The notes under the pieces: generated by a model
What the model was told of the DNA's origin: nothing
The model's input: only the letters and a program-made list of their open reading frames with translations
Databases searched by the model: none
Assembly (NCBI GenBank): GCA_963799105.1
Contig: CAWCVR010000001.1
Location: 1,032-65,031, forward strand
Reading direction: 5' to 3'
Length of the DNA: 64,000 nt
Source: Bryobacterales bacterium
GTDB lineage: Bacteria > Acidobacteriota > Terriglobia > Bryobacterales > Bryobacteraceae
Program-made: the position numbers and the translations under genes
Part shown: piece by piece, positions 37,382 through 46,882 of the stretch
Layout of the letters: the number at the start of each line of letters is the position of its first letter
How positions within the stretch are numbered: position 1 is the stretch's first letter

Positions 37382-39021
37382 TTGAATCCCAGGGGAGCGC
37401 ATTGCGGCCATGAGCGGAGCAATCCCAGAATCAACATCCCGGTCGGTCTGCAGGCGTCGGAATCCCTCTTCTTGCGCGGGCCGTAATACGGATTGACGCC
37501 GTGGTGCTTGATCGCACGCGAGTCCACGGCCCGCGGGTTCAACGCGTCCTCGAGCAAGACGCCGCGCGCGGCAGCGACCTCCGCCAACGCCTGGCCCGTA
37601 GCCTCGAGAACCGGCGCATCACATCCGAGATTCATCAGGCGGCGTAGGATCACGTCGCAGTACGCTGGCGAGATCTCACAGCCGTATCCGTTACGGTCAA
37701 GCACCTGCGCCGCGGCCATCGTCGTCCCGGACCCCATGAACGGATCGAACACCGCGTCGCCGGCGTCGCTGAACGCCAGGAGGAAGAATTCCACCAGAGC
37801 GCGCGGGAAGGGAGCGGAGTGGCTTCCCTGGCTGCTCTCCGTCTTGACCTCGATCACATTGCTCGGCCGCGCGATGCCCTCGTGCCGCCCGTCCACCAGT
37901 TTGCGGCGCATGTGACCCCACGCCTGCGATCCCTCCGGCGGGAGCGAGGCGGCCGCGCCGCGCGGTCCAGTGCCCAGCAGCCCGCTCCCGGACCTCGATA
38001 CCGGATTGTCCGGGGAGTAATCGAAGCAATCCTCCGAGGCGTGTCCGACCGCCTCCGCGCGGAACTTGATCTGCTGCTGGCGGCAAAAGTGGTAGATAGG
38101 CTCCCAGGCGTTTTTGAATCGGTTCCCCCACCCGCCAGGCACGCCGTTGTCGGTTTTCCGCCAACAGAACTCATCCACGAATCGCCAGCCCCACTGGCGC
38201 CGGTGGGCCAGCACCAAGTCCATCACGTACAGATTCCGCTCGCCCTCGTCGGCATGTGCCTTGATGTTCAGGAAGTACGACCCATCGGGAGCCAGCACCG
38301 ACTGGACGCCAGCCGCTACGGCGCGGTACCACTCGACGTACTCCCCGGGCGGCACCGGCGTGAACCCGCTCGTGGGATCGTACTCGCGCTGCGTGGCGTA
38401 CGGCGGCGACGTGATCGCGACCGCCGCCCGCGCGCCGGCCAGCAACTTCTCCACGACCGCCAGATCCCGGCAATCGCCGCATATCAGCCGGTGCTTCCCG
38501 ATTTGCCACACGTCTCCGGGCTGGGTGACCGGCGTGGCTGGCGGCTCGGGGATTTCTTCGGCAACATCCTGGTCCTGTTCCCCGCCATCGTCGAGTAGCG
38601 CTTCGAGTTCCTCGTCGCTGAAGCCGATCAGCGTGAGTTCCACGCCGGCCCTGGCGAGGTCGCCCAGTTCCGCGGCCAAGGCCTTCTCGTCCCATCCGGC
38701 ATTCAATGCGAGCCGGTTGTCCGCAAGGATATAGGCCCGCCGCTGGGTCTCGCTGAGGTGGTCCAGCACCACCACCGGAACCTCCGCAAGGCCCAACTGG
38801 CGAGCAGCCAGGAGGCGGCCGTGGCCGGCGATAATCCCGTTGCTGGTATCGACGAGGATCGGGTTGACGAAACCGAACTCCACGATGGACGCCGCAATCT
38901 GAGCCACTTGCTCGGGCGAATGCGTCCGCGCGTTCTTCGCGTAAGGCACCAGCCGGTTAATCAGCCAGATTTCAATGCGGCGCGCCATGACGGGCGTAAT
39001 GGTTGCTGGAGGTGTTGGCAT
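37378..39021 (-). CDS. ParB-like nuclease domain + DNA methyltransferase (beta-class), intact
   Basis: 547 aa. The ParB-N region has 'VPYAKNARTHSPEQVAQIAASIVEFGF'. Motif IV is 'ITSPPYA' and motif I is 'VFDPFMGSGTTMAAA'. Confidence 0.85.
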   Translation of the reverse strand: MPTPPATITPVMARRIEIWLINRLVPYAKNARTHSPEQVAQIAASIVEFGFVNPILVDTSNGIIAGHGRLLAARQLGLAEVPVVVLDHLSETQRRAYILADNRLALNAGWDEKALAAELGDLARAGVELTLIGFSDEELEALLDDGGEQDQDVAEEIPEPPATPVTQPGDVWQIGKHRLICGDCRDLAVVEKLLAGARAAVAITSPPYATQREYDPTSGFTPVPPGEYVEWYRAVAAGVQSVLAPDGSYFLNIKAHADEGERNLYVMDLVLAHRRQWGWRFVDEFCWRKTDNGVPGGWGNRFKNAWEPIYHFCRQQQIKFRAEAVGHASEDCFDYSPDNPVSRSGSGLLGTGPRGAAASLPPEGSQAWGHMRRKLVDGRHEGIARPSNVIEVKTESSQGSHSAPFPRALVEFFLLAFSDAGDAVFDPFMGSGTTMAAAQVLDRNGYGCEISPAYCDVILRRLMNLGCDAPVLEATGQALAEVAAARGVLLEDALNPRAVDSRAIKHHGVNPYYGPRKKRDSDACRPTGMLILGLLRSWPQCAPLGFK

Positions 39022-39230
39022 CTACTGTGAGGCCCTTCGGCCAACCGTGGCGCGGCCAGGGTGACCGACCTGCCCTGACCGCCTAGATAAGTGCAACTAA
39101 CTATGAGACTTTGTGGGCCCATGCCACCCGCCGGCCGAAAGTGGAAGGCCAGGTCCCAGGATTTGCCCCGCGCTGCGTCTAACGCGGTAGACTACTGCCA
39201 CCCTTTTGCGCACGGGTGCGCGAAGTTGCG

Positions 39231-39683
39231 CTACGTCACGGCCTCCGGGTTGGCCTGGAGGTCCACGGCTTTAACAGGCGCGCCTGGCGCCACGGAACGC
39301 GCCACGAGCTCGCGCGATGTGCCGCCCGCCGATCTGGCGTCGGCTTTCATCCGACCGACAATCCTTAGCACCTGGAGGAAGACGCCGCGCGTGATCACGG
39401 GTACGCCATCCTCGTCGCGCCGGTCCAATCGCCGAAGGCTCCAGCAGCGGCCCGTTTGGATGTTCTCCAGGAAGCTATACCGAGTGCCACCGCGCGCCTG
39501 TGTCTCAACGGGGTTGCCGCCGTCCTCCTGGAGTAGCCAGATCGCCTTCAGGTGGCCCTTCCGGCCGTAGGCAGGTTTCACGTAGCCACTTGCGATGAGT
39601 CGCTTTGCTGCCTCGATGGTGCGGAAGCCCAGAGAAGTCCCGTCCGCCGCGTAGATCGGGATCTGTTCGCGCTTTGAAGACAC
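39231..39683 (-). CDS. Hypothetical phage/early-region protein (150 aa)
   Basis: GTG start, ordinary composition (MSSKREQIPIYAADGTSLGFRTIEAAKRLIASGYVKP..). It is the first gene inside the island next to the tRNA. Confidence 0.55.
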   Translation of the reverse strand: MSSKREQIPIYAADGTSLGFRTIEAAKRLIASGYVKPAYGRKGHLKAIWLLQEDGGNPVETQARGGTRYSFLENIQTGRCWSLRRLDRRDEDGVPVITRGVFLQVLRIVGRMKADARSAGGTSRELVARSVAPGAPVKAVDLQANPEAVT

Positions 39684-40079
39684 TTTGGTTGTTTGGAGCG
39701 AAGGGAAGGAGTTTTTGGAGAGTCCCGTCTCTCGGGCCAGACCGCAGCTTACATCTCCTGAATATCAGGTGCGGAATTCAGTCGTCAACAGTAAAGTTCG
39801 ACGGGCACAGAGGAGTCGCGGACGTTGGGCGCGGTGGGCATCGTCCTTATATAGAAACGAAATGTTGTCGTCTCAGGAAGACGACGACACGCGCGGAAAA
39901 CGGTGCCCAAGGTGCCCAAACTCGCCACCGTCATTGAATCGGTTGGCTTGATCGTGGGCAGGCATCGAAATCCACACGATGCCCATGGCTGCCCATGCTC
40001 AAAATGGGTTTTGGACTCCAGTTGGACTCCGGTGGCTACGTTCTGGCGGGCGGGGAAACGGTAAGTGTTTGAAACGTTT

Positions 40080-40155
40080 TGGTGGACCTGGTGAGATTCG
40101 AACTCACGACCTCTTCCATGCCATGGAAGCGCGCTCCCAACTGCGCCACAGGCCC
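40080..40155 (-). tRNA. tRNA-Ala (anticodon GGC)
   Basis: The reverse complement is GGGCCTGTGGCGCAGTTGGGAGCGCGCTTCCATGGCATGGAAGAGGTCGTGAGTTCGAATCTCACCAGGTCCACCA. This is a 76-nt cloverleaf (7/4/5/5-bp stems) with anticodon loop AT-GGC-AT, a G3:U70 pair, a GTTCGAATC T-loop and an encoded CCA. Confidence 0.9.
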
Positions 40156-40198
40156 GATTCACGCTTGCGTTTAGTGTAACATAACCGCGGCCGCCCCT

Positions 40199-40582
40199 TC
40201 AGTAGAAGAACTCACACACGCGGCGGAGCCAGCCCCGCGGCTCGGCCTCCCGGCTCTCCACGGGAGCCTCCCTCTTGAAACCGGCACAGGCTTCGGACAA
40301 CAGGATCGGGCACTCGCTCACCTGCTGCCGTTCCACCCGCGAGATCGCCGGCTCGTCGCGGTCCTGCGGCGCATACTGGCCAGGCGATGTGCGAATCAGC
40401 CCTGTCCACGGGTCCTTCAGGCCGTGTTTGAAACACAATCCGCAGGCGCGCGGAGCCAATTCGGCCAGCCGCTTCCGGCTCGCCAGGTACACCCTCTGCG
40501 GTTCTTCCAAATCGCCGCTGATCTTGCACGAGGGGCCGGCCAGACGATAGTACTTCCGATTCGCCGCTTCCCAGACATCCAC
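40199..40582 (-). CDS. Hypothetical Cys-containing protein (127 aa)
   Basis: ORF with a GTG start downstream of crcB. Its composition is acceptable and I recognise no motif. Confidence 0.4.
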   Translation of the reverse strand: MDVWEAANRKYYRLAGPSCKISGDLEEPQRVYLASRKRLAELAPRACGLCFKHGLKDPWTGLIRTSPGQYAPQDRDEPAISRVERQQVSECPILLSEACAGFKREAPVESREAEPRGWLRRVCEFFY

Positions 40583-40639
40583 TGCGGCCAGGTAGCCCGC
40601 AGTGGCCGCGCGGAGCTCGGCTACAAACTCGCCGGGCGC

Positions 40640-41008
40640 TTACCGGCGAGCCAGCACGGCCCCCAGCCACACCGCCGCATACCCGAATGCCACGCTGCCC
40701 ATCACATTGGCCAGGCCCACCCACGGACTGCCGTCGCGCGCCGCCGCGTACGTCTCCCACTCGAAACTCGAAAACGTCGTGTAGCCGCCCAGAAAACCGA
40801 TCACCAGCAGCGGCCGCCAGTTCGTGGCGGGCGAGAAACGCTCGGTGAGCAGCGTCATCAGAAAGCCGATCAACAGGCAGCCCGTGACGTTGACCACCAG
40901 CGTGCCCCAGGGGAAACGCGCGCCCAAACGCGTCATCACGGCCGTTCCCGCAATGTAGCGAACCAGCGAACCGGCGCCGCCTCCAGCCGCGATCAGCACG
41001 TATTTCAT
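40640..41008 (-). CDS. crcB: Fluoride ion channel CrcB/FluC
   Basis: 122 aa, four hydrophobic segments. It has 'GGGAGSLVRY', 'FPWGTLVVNVTGC' and 'GFLGGYTTFSSF', which are typical of CrcB. Confidence 0.9.
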   Translation of the reverse strand: MKYVLIAAGGGAGSLVRYIAGTAVMTRLGARFPWGTLVVNVTGCLLIGFLMTLLTERFSPATNWRPLLVIGFLGGYTTFSSFEWETYAAARDGSPWVGLANVMGSVAFGYAAVWLGAVLARR

Positions 41009-41015
41009 CGGCGCT

Positions 41016-41654
41016 CTACCCCGGCTGCAGACATTCGGCGATCTCTTTCACGCCCACCGCCCCGGTCTTGATGACACGCCATGCCGGTTCGGTGATATCC
41101 ACCGTCGTGGCGCCCTGTCCCGCGCAGACGCCGCCGTCCAGCACCAGGTCCACGCGGCCGTCCATCGTGCCAAACACGTCGATGCCGCTGTGGCAGGTGG
41201 GGCGGCCCGACATGTTGGCGCTGGTGGCGATCAGCGGCTGGTTCAGCAGGTTGATGAGCTGGTTGGCCACCTCCGACCGCGAGTGCCGCAGCGTCATCCG
41301 TCCCGTGTTGCCGGTGACTTTCAGCGGAATCTTGGCCGATGCCGGAACGATAATGGCCAGCGGGCCCGGCCAGAAACGGCGGGCCAGAAGCGTGAATCGC
41401 TTGGTCAGTTCCCCCGCCAGATCCTCCGCCATCAACAACCCCGAGATCAGAATCGGCAACGACCGGTGCGGCTCCCGGCCCTTGGCTTTGAACACCTGCG
41501 TGACAGCCCGCAGGTTGAACGGGTCGGCCACCAGTGTGTACAGGGCGTCCGTGGGAATGCAGACTACTTTGCCGCGGCGAATGGCGGCTGCGGCGCGCTC
41601 CAGCACTTCCGGCTGGGGCCGCTCCAGATCGATCTCCACCAGGTCGGTTGCCAT
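41016..41654 (-). CDS. tsaC: L-threonylcarbamoyladenylate synthase (TsaC/YrdC/Sua5 family)
   Basis: The start is taken at MATDLVEIDL. It has 'VVCIPTDALYTLVADP', 'FKAKGREPHRSLPILI', 'IATSANMSGRP' and 'ATTVDIT'. Confidence 0.8.
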   Translation of the reverse strand: MATDLVEIDLERPQPEVLERAAAAIRRGKVVCIPTDALYTLVADPFNLRAVTQVFKAKGREPHRSLPILISGLLMAEDLAGELTKRFTLLARRFWPGPLAIIVPASAKIPLKVTGNTGRMTLRHSRSEVANQLINLLNQPLIATSANMSGRPTCHSGIDVFGTMDGRVDLVLDGGVCAGQGATTVDITEPAWRVIKTGAVGVKEIAECLQPG

Positions 41655-41667
41655 TGACGATTCGCTC

Positions 41668-43536
41668 TCAGCGCGGGCCGATCGCCTCGGCAACGTCCAG
41701 GGCCATCTGGTAGCGGCCGAACGGCGCGCTCAATTGGACGCCCTGAACCATGCCCCGCACCCGCGTCACCATCTCGCGGGCGATCGCCACGCCTTCGTCC
41801 CGCGCTTTCTCGGCGCTCTCCACCCGCCGCATCCGCTCCATGTACTCTTCCGGAACCGGCACGCGCAATTCGTTCACCATGAATTCGGCGTTGCGGAAGC
41901 TGGTTAGCGGCCAGATGCCGCACACCACCGGAATCCTCACGCGTTCGATCCGCCGCAGAAACGCTTCCAGCAGGCCCAGATCGAACACCGGCTGCGTCAC
42001 CACGTACTCCGCGCCGGCTTCCACCTTCCATTCGAACCGGCGGATCTCTTCGTCCATGTTGAGCGCGCCCGGATTGGCGCCCACCCCGATCAACAGCGCC
42101 GTCTGCGACCCCATCGGATTGCCCCCGATATCCAGGCCGTGGTTGAGGTTGTTGACGATGTTCACCAGGCCGATGGCGTCCACGTCGAAGACCGCCGTGG
42201 CGTCCGGATAGGAGCCCATGCGCGGCGGATCGCCGGTGATGCATATCAGGTTGCGCACTCCCGTGGCGTGCGTCCCCAGCAACTCCGATTGAATCCCCAG
42301 GATGTTCCGGTCGCGGCAGCAGAAATGGTTGACGGCCTCGATCCCGGCCTCCCGTTGGATCAGGTGGCAGGCAATCTGCGCGCTCATGCGGGCGCTGGCG
42401 CGCGGCCCGTCCGGTACGTTGATGCAGTCGATGCCGCGTTCGGCGCAGCGGCGCGCGCCATCGATTTCCCGCGACGCATCCACCCCGCGCGGCGGCAGAA
42501 TCTCTACGAATGCCACGAACTTCCCGTCCGCCAGCTTTCGCCCCAGTTGGGATTTCTCCGCCATCGGAACCGGCTTCAGCGCCTGGGAACGCGCCTCCGG
42601 CTCGTCCACGGTGACTCTCAATTTCGGCTGCCCCGGAGACAGCGATCGCGTCTCCGACCGGATCAGCTTGATGTGCGCGGGCGTCGTGCCGCAGCAGCCG
42701 CCCACGATTTTCACGCCGGCCCACAGCATGCGCCGCGCGTACTGCGCCATGTATTCCGGGGAACAAAGATAAATGTTGCGGCCCTCCACCCGCATGGGCA
42801 GCCCGGCGTTGGGCATGGCGCTCATGGGCTTGGAGGAATACTGCATCATTTGCTCGATGGTCTCGAGCGTGGCCTTTGGACCCACCGAGCAGTTCAGCCC
42901 GATCGCATCCACCGGCCAGGAGTCCATTTCGCGCGTGAACGTCTCCGTGTCGGTGCCGCCCGGAAGGTGTCCGAAGTCGTCGATGGTCACCTGGGCGATG
43001 ACCGCCAACTCGCTGCCCGCGGCCTCGCGCGCGGCCGTTACCGCTTCGCGCAGCTCGTCCAGGTTGCCGAACGTCTCCAGAATGAGCAGGTCGATGCCCG
43101 CCTCCAGCAGCGCATCGATCTGTTCGCGAAACGCCGCCCGCGCCTCGGCGAACGACGTGGGGCCGAGCGGCTCGATGCGCACGCCCAAAGGTCCCACGGC
43201 GCCGGCCACGAAGATGCCGTCCTTGGCCGCTTCCCGCGCCAGCCGCACTCCCGCCTGGTTGATGGCCTTCAGCTTCTCCGCCATTCCGAACCCGGCCATG
43301 CGCATCCGGCTGGCGCCGAACGTGTTGGTTTCCAGAATCTCCGCGCCGGCCTTGGCGTACTCCTGGTGAATCTGGCGGACCAGGTCGGGCTGCGAGAGGT
43401 TCAGCTCGTCGAAGCAGCGATTGATGAACACCCCGCGCGAGTACAACATGGTGCCCATCGCTCCATCCGCCACCATCACCCGGCGGGTCAATTGCTCGCG
43501 GAATTCCCTGGCGCTGTCTGGCGTAGCGGTAGTCAT
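41668..43536 (-). CDS. Bifunctional homocysteine S-methyltransferase / 5,10-methylenetetrahydrofolate reductase (YitJ-type)
   Basis: ATG is at 43536 (MTTATPDSAREF..). The Hcy-MT region has 'DGAMGTML', 'ILETNTF' and 'GGCCGTTPAHI'. The C-terminal MetF-like region has 'FVEILPPRG' and 'TQPVFD'. The track ORF's upstream 386 codons are out-of-frame overlap with cimA. Confidence 0.85.
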   Translation of the reverse strand: MTTATPDSAREFREQLTRRVMVADGAMGTMLYSRGVFINRCFDELNLSQPDLVRQIHQEYAKAGAEILETNTFGASRMRMAGFGMAEKLKAINQAGVRLAREAAKDGIFVAGAVGPLGVRIEPLGPTSFAEARAAFREQIDALLEAGIDLLILETFGNLDELREAVTAAREAAGSELAVIAQVTIDDFGHLPGGTDTETFTREMDSWPVDAIGLNCSVGPKATLETIEQMMQYSSKPMSAMPNAGLPMRVEGRNIYLCSPEYMAQYARRMLWAGVKIVGGCCGTTPAHIKLIRSETRSLSPGQPKLRVTVDEPEARSQALKPVPMAEKSQLGRKLADGKFVAFVEILPPRGVDASREIDGARRCAERGIDCINVPDGPRASARMSAQIACHLIQREAGIEAVNHFCCRDRNILGIQSELLGTHATGVRNLICITGDPPRMGSYPDATAVFDVDAIGLVNIVNNLNHGLDIGGNPMGSQTALLIGVGANPGALNMDEEIRRFEWKVEAGAEYVVTQPVFDLGLLEAFLRRIERVRIPVVCGIWPLTSFRNAEFMVNELRVPVPEEYMERMRRVESAEKARDEGVAIAREMVTRVRGMVQGVQLSAPFGRYQMALDVAEAIGPR

Positions 43537-43619
43537 GGGCGAGGGTCGAAAAGCCGTTTCAGATACACAATGGGATATTTGTGATTTTAGCGCAAGTGGA
43601 CCGGTCCGTCCCGCCGCTC

Positions 43620-45215
43620 CTAATTCTCGATGGCCTGCCCAATGCAGGCGTCCGTCTCGGTAAGGCGCATCAGCTCCAGGCGGATGGCGTCCACCAGCGC
43701 CTTCCAGCTCGCCTCGATGACGTTGTCGGAGACGCCGGCGGTGGACCAGCTCTTGTGGTGGTCGCTCCACTCGATCAGCACGCGGACCTTCGCGGCGGTG
43801 CCCTGGCGCGAGTCCAGCACGCGGACTTTGTAATCCGTCAGGCGGACCTCGGCGATCTGCGGGTACAGCTTCGACAGGCACTTGCGCAGGCCCAGGTGCA
43901 GCGCGTTGAAGGGACCGTGGCCCACGGCGGCTTCGGTATGCACCTCGCCACCCACTCGCAACGTGACCGTGGCCGTGGTGTGCGACGCGGCGGCGCCACC
44001 GGCGCGCGTCGAGACGTCGTAGCCTTCCACTTCGAAGAAATGCGCGTCGGGCCGCAGCGCCTCGCGCACCAGCAGCTCGAAGCTGCCTTCGGCGGCCTCC
44101 AGTTCGTAGCCTTCGTACTCCAGTTGCTTGACGCGCTCCAGCAGCACGCGGCGCGCGTCCTCGCTCAGACGGCCGGCCAGGCCTTGCTGTTGCAGCTTGT
44201 AGAGAATGTTGCCGCGGCCCGAGAGGTCGCTCACCAGCACGCGCTGGCGATTGCCCACCAGCTCGGGCTGGATGTGCTCGTAGGTCGCGGAGTCCTTCAG
44301 CACGGCGGCCACGTGAACGCCGCCTTTGTGGGCGAACGCGCTCTTGCCCACGAAGGCCTGGTCGTTGGGGAGCGGCAGGTTGGCCAGCTCGGCGATGAAG
44401 CGGCACACGCCGGTAAGCGCGGCCAGTTTTTCGGGGCCCACCGTTGTGTGTCCCATTTTGAGTTCCAGGTTGGCGATCACGGAGGCCAGGCTGGCGTTGC
44501 CGCATCGCTCGCCGTAGCCGTTCATGCAGCCTTGCACGTGGGTGGCGCCGGCCTCGACGGCGGCCAGGCTGTTGGCCACGGCCACGTCCGAATCGTTGTG
44601 GGTGTGGATGCCGACAACGCCATCGAAACGCCGGCACACCTCGCGGACGATCTCCGCCAGGCGGCCGGTGAGCGTGCCGCCATTGGTGTCGCACAGGCAG
44701 AGCACGTCGGCGCCCGCGGCCCGCGCGGCTTCCAGCGTCTCCATGGCGTAGGCGGGATCGGCCCGGTACCCGTCGAAAAAGTGCTCCGCGTCGTAAACCA
44801 CTTCCTTGCCGTGGTCCTTGAGGTAGCGGACGGTGTCAGAGATCAGGCGCAGGTTCTCGTCGCCGGTGATCCCCAGCGCCCGCGTGACGTGCAGGTCCCA
44901 GGTCTTGCCGAAGACCGACACCACGGGCGTGCCGGCCTCCACCAGCTCTTTGACGTTGCGGTCCTGCTCGACCGGGTTCCTGGCCAGGCGCGTGGAACCG
45001 AAGGCGGTCAGCTTGGCGTGAGACAGCTTCAGATCGCGCGCGCGGGCGAAGAACTCCTTGTCTTTGGGGTTGGAGCCGGGCCACCCGCCTTCAATATAGT
45101 CGATGCCCACCTCATCCAGTTTCTGCGCCACGATCAGTTTGTCGTCCACGGAGAAGCTGATGCACTCGCCCTGCGTGCCGTCGCGGAGAGTGGTATCGAA
45201 GGTGAAGATTTTCAT
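43620..45215 (-). CDS. cimA: (R)-citramalate synthase / 2-isopropylmalate synthase family
   Basis: ATG is at 45215. It has MKIFTFDTTLRDGTQGE, 'IEGGWPGSNPKD', 'HTHNDSDVAVANSLAAVEAGA' and a C-terminal LeuA-type regulatory domain. Confidence 0.8.
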   Translation of the reverse strand: MKIFTFDTTLRDGTQGECISFSVDDKLIVAQKLDEVGIDYIEGGWPGSNPKDKEFFARARDLKLSHAKLTAFGSTRLARNPVEQDRNVKELVEAGTPVVSVFGKTWDLHVTRALGITGDENLRLISDTVRYLKDHGKEVVYDAEHFFDGYRADPAYAMETLEAARAAGADVLCLCDTNGGTLTGRLAEIVREVCRRFDGVVGIHTHNDSDVAVANSLAAVEAGATHVQGCMNGYGERCGNASLASVIANLELKMGHTTVGPEKLAALTGVCRFIAELANLPLPNDQAFVGKSAFAHKGGVHVAAVLKDSATYEHIQPELVGNRQRVLVSDLSGRGNILYKLQQQGLAGRLSEDARRVLLERVKQLEYEGYELEAAEGSFELLVREALRPDAHFFEVEGYDVSTRAGGAAASHTTATVTLRVGGEVHTEAAVGHGPFNALHLGLRKCLSKLYPQIAEVRLTDYKVRVLDSRQGTAAKVRVLIEWSDHHKSWSTAGVSDNVIEASWKALVDAIRLELMRLTETDACIGQAIEN

Positions 45216-45235
45216 GGTGTGGCCCGGCGCCGAAG

Positions 45236-46255
45236 TTACTCCTGGGGTACGCCGGCCTCCTTTTTCTTTTTGAGGAACGTCATCATTTCGCGCAGCCCCT
45301 TGCCCACCTCTTCGACGGGCTGATGGCGCGCGGCTTCGCGCATGGCCAGGAACTTCTTGCGGCCGGCCTTGTTTTCGGCGATCCACTCGCGGGCGAATTC
45401 GCCGGACTGGATCTCGCCCAGGATCTTCTTCATCTCGGCGCGCGTCTGTTCGTTGACGATGCGCGGGCCGCGGGTGTAATCGCCATACTCGGCGGTGTCC
45501 GAAATCGAATACCGCATGTAAGCCAGGCCGCCTTCCTGAATCAGGTCGACGATCAGCTTCAACTCGTGCAGGCACTCGAAATAGGCGATCTCGGGCGCGT
45601 ATCCGGCGGCCACCAGGGTCTCGAATCCGGCGCGGATCAGCTCGCTCGCGCCGCCGCACAGCACGGCCTGCTCGCCGAAGAGGTCGCTCTCGGTCTCCTC
45701 TTTGAAGGTGGTCTCGATCACCCCGGCTTTCAGGCAGCCGAGCGCCAGGGCGTAAGCCAGCGCGCGCTCCAGCGCCTGTCCGGTGGCGTTCTGGTGGACG
45801 GCCACCAGGGCCGGCACTCCCACGCCCTCGGTGTACAGCTCGCGGACGCGATGGCCAGGGGCCTTCGGCGCAATCATCGACACGTCGATATCCTTCGGCG
45901 GCACGATCTGTCCGAAGTGGATGTTGAAACCGTGCGCGAACATGAGCGTCTTGCCGGCGGTCATGTGGGGGGCGATGTCCTTATTGTAGAGGTCGCCCTG
46001 GATGTGATCGGACACCAGGATCATCACCACGTTCGCGGCTTTGGCGGCTTCCGGCGTGCTCAAAACCTTCAGCCCGGCGGATTCGGCCTTGGCCCACGCC
46101 GCGGTGCCGGGCGCCTCGCTCACCACCACGTCCACGCCCGAATCGCGCAGGTTCAGCGCGTGCGCGTGGCCCTGGCTTCCGTATCCGATAATGGCGACCG
46201 TGCGCCCCTTCAGGTATTCCAGACTTCCGTCTTTTTCGTAAAAGCGTCTTGCCAT
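45236..46255 (-). CDS. ilvC: Ketol-acid reductoisomerase (class I)
   Basis: ATG is at 46255. It has '[21 protein letters not shown]', 'FAHGFNIHF' and '[22 protein letters not shown]'. Confidence 0.95.
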   Translation of the reverse strand: MARRFYEKDGSLEYLKGRTVAIIGYGSQGHAHALNLRDSGVDVVVSEAPGTAAWAKAESAGLKVLSTPEAAKAANVVMILVSDHIQGDLYNKDIAPHMTAGKTLMFAHGFNIHFGQIVPPKDIDVSMIAPKAPGHRVRELYTEGVGVPALVAVHQNATGQALERALAYALALGCLKAGVIETTFKEETESDLFGEQAVLCGGASELIRAGFETLVAAGYAPEIAYFECLHELKLIVDLIQEGGLAYMRYSISDTAEYGDYTRGPRIVNEQTRAEMKKILGEIQSGEFAREWIAENKAGRKKFLAMREAARHQPVEEVGKGLREMMTFLKKKKEAGVPQE

Positions 46256-46310
46256 TCTGCCTCCTGATTTCGATTTCGATAAGCCGCGCGCGGGCTGCTC
46301 GTGCCCCACG

Positions 46311-46862
46311 CTAAGATTGCGGCTCGGTTTGCAACTCTTCCTTGGTCCCGGCCTTGGTCGGCACGGGGGGCTGGAGGCGCAGTTTCCGCGCTTCCAGCGC
46401 AATGGCCAGGGCGCCCGAGCGGGTCACCTCGACCTCGCCGTAGCTGCCCATCACGTCGATGAATTCTCCCAGCTTCTCGGGATCGCCGGTGACCTCGATG
46501 ACGAACCCCTCGGTGGAGGAATCCACCACGCGGCCGGCGAAGATCTCGGCCTCTTTCAAGACCGCGGTACGCGATTCCTGAGCGGTGCGCACGCGCACCA
46601 GAACCAGCTCGCGCACCACCGCCGGCGTCTCCGTGAGGTCGGTCGCCTGCAGCACGTTGATGAGCTTGTTCATCTGCTTGATTACCTGCTGGCGCTGGAC
46701 GGAATCCACGTCCACCACGATGGTCATCCGCGAAAGCTCGGGATCGAGCGTGCGCGCGACAGTCAGGCTTTCGATATTATAACCGCGCTGGCTGAGCAGG
46801 CCGGTGACACGCATCAGCGCGCCGGGCTTGTTCTCCATTAACAAGGATATGACTTGCAGCAT
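46311..46862 (-). CDS. ilvN: Acetolactate synthase small (regulatory) subunit
   Basis: ATG is at 46862. It has an ACT-domain start '[31 protein letters not shown]'. Confidence 0.9.
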   Translation of the reverse strand: MLQVISLLMENKPGALMRVTGLLSQRGYNIESLTVARTLDPELSRMTIVVDVDSVQRQQVIKQMNKLINVLQATDLTETPAVVRELVLVRVRTAQESRTAVLKEAEIFAGRVVDSSTEGFVIEVTGDPEKLGEFIDVMGSYGEVEVTRSGALAIALEARKLRLQPPVPTKAGTKEELQTEPQS

Positions 46863-46882
46863 ATGTCTCCTTCGCTCGACCG

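Noticed and set aside
1-40079. I looked for a second copy of the tRNA-Ala 3' half, which would be the left attachment site of the island or prophage.
   Set aside because: I saw no convincing partial duplicate of ..GGTCGTGAGTTCGAATCTCACCAGGTCCACCA in the window. I checked by eye only, so a computed search is still needed.
39785-40162. A 125-aa minus-strand ORF and a 66-aa plus-strand ORF (39979-40179) cover the tRNA.
   Set aside because: They read straight through a canonical tRNA-Ala cloverleaf, so they are spurious.
41009-41015. I looked for a fluoride riboswitch upstream of crcB.
   Set aside because: Only 7 nt separate the tsaC stop from the crcB start, so there is no room for a riboswitch. 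crcB appears to be co-transcribed with tsaC.
41668-44694. These are N-terminal extensions of track ORFs. They include the 1008-aa version of the methyltransferase/MTHFR gene, the 679-aa cimA, the 388-aa ilvC and the 284-aa ilvN.
   Set aside because: The extensions are Arg/Pro/Gly-rich and overlap the upstream gene. Internal ATGs (43536, 45215, 46255, 46862) give canonical N-termini and sensible intergenic spacing.
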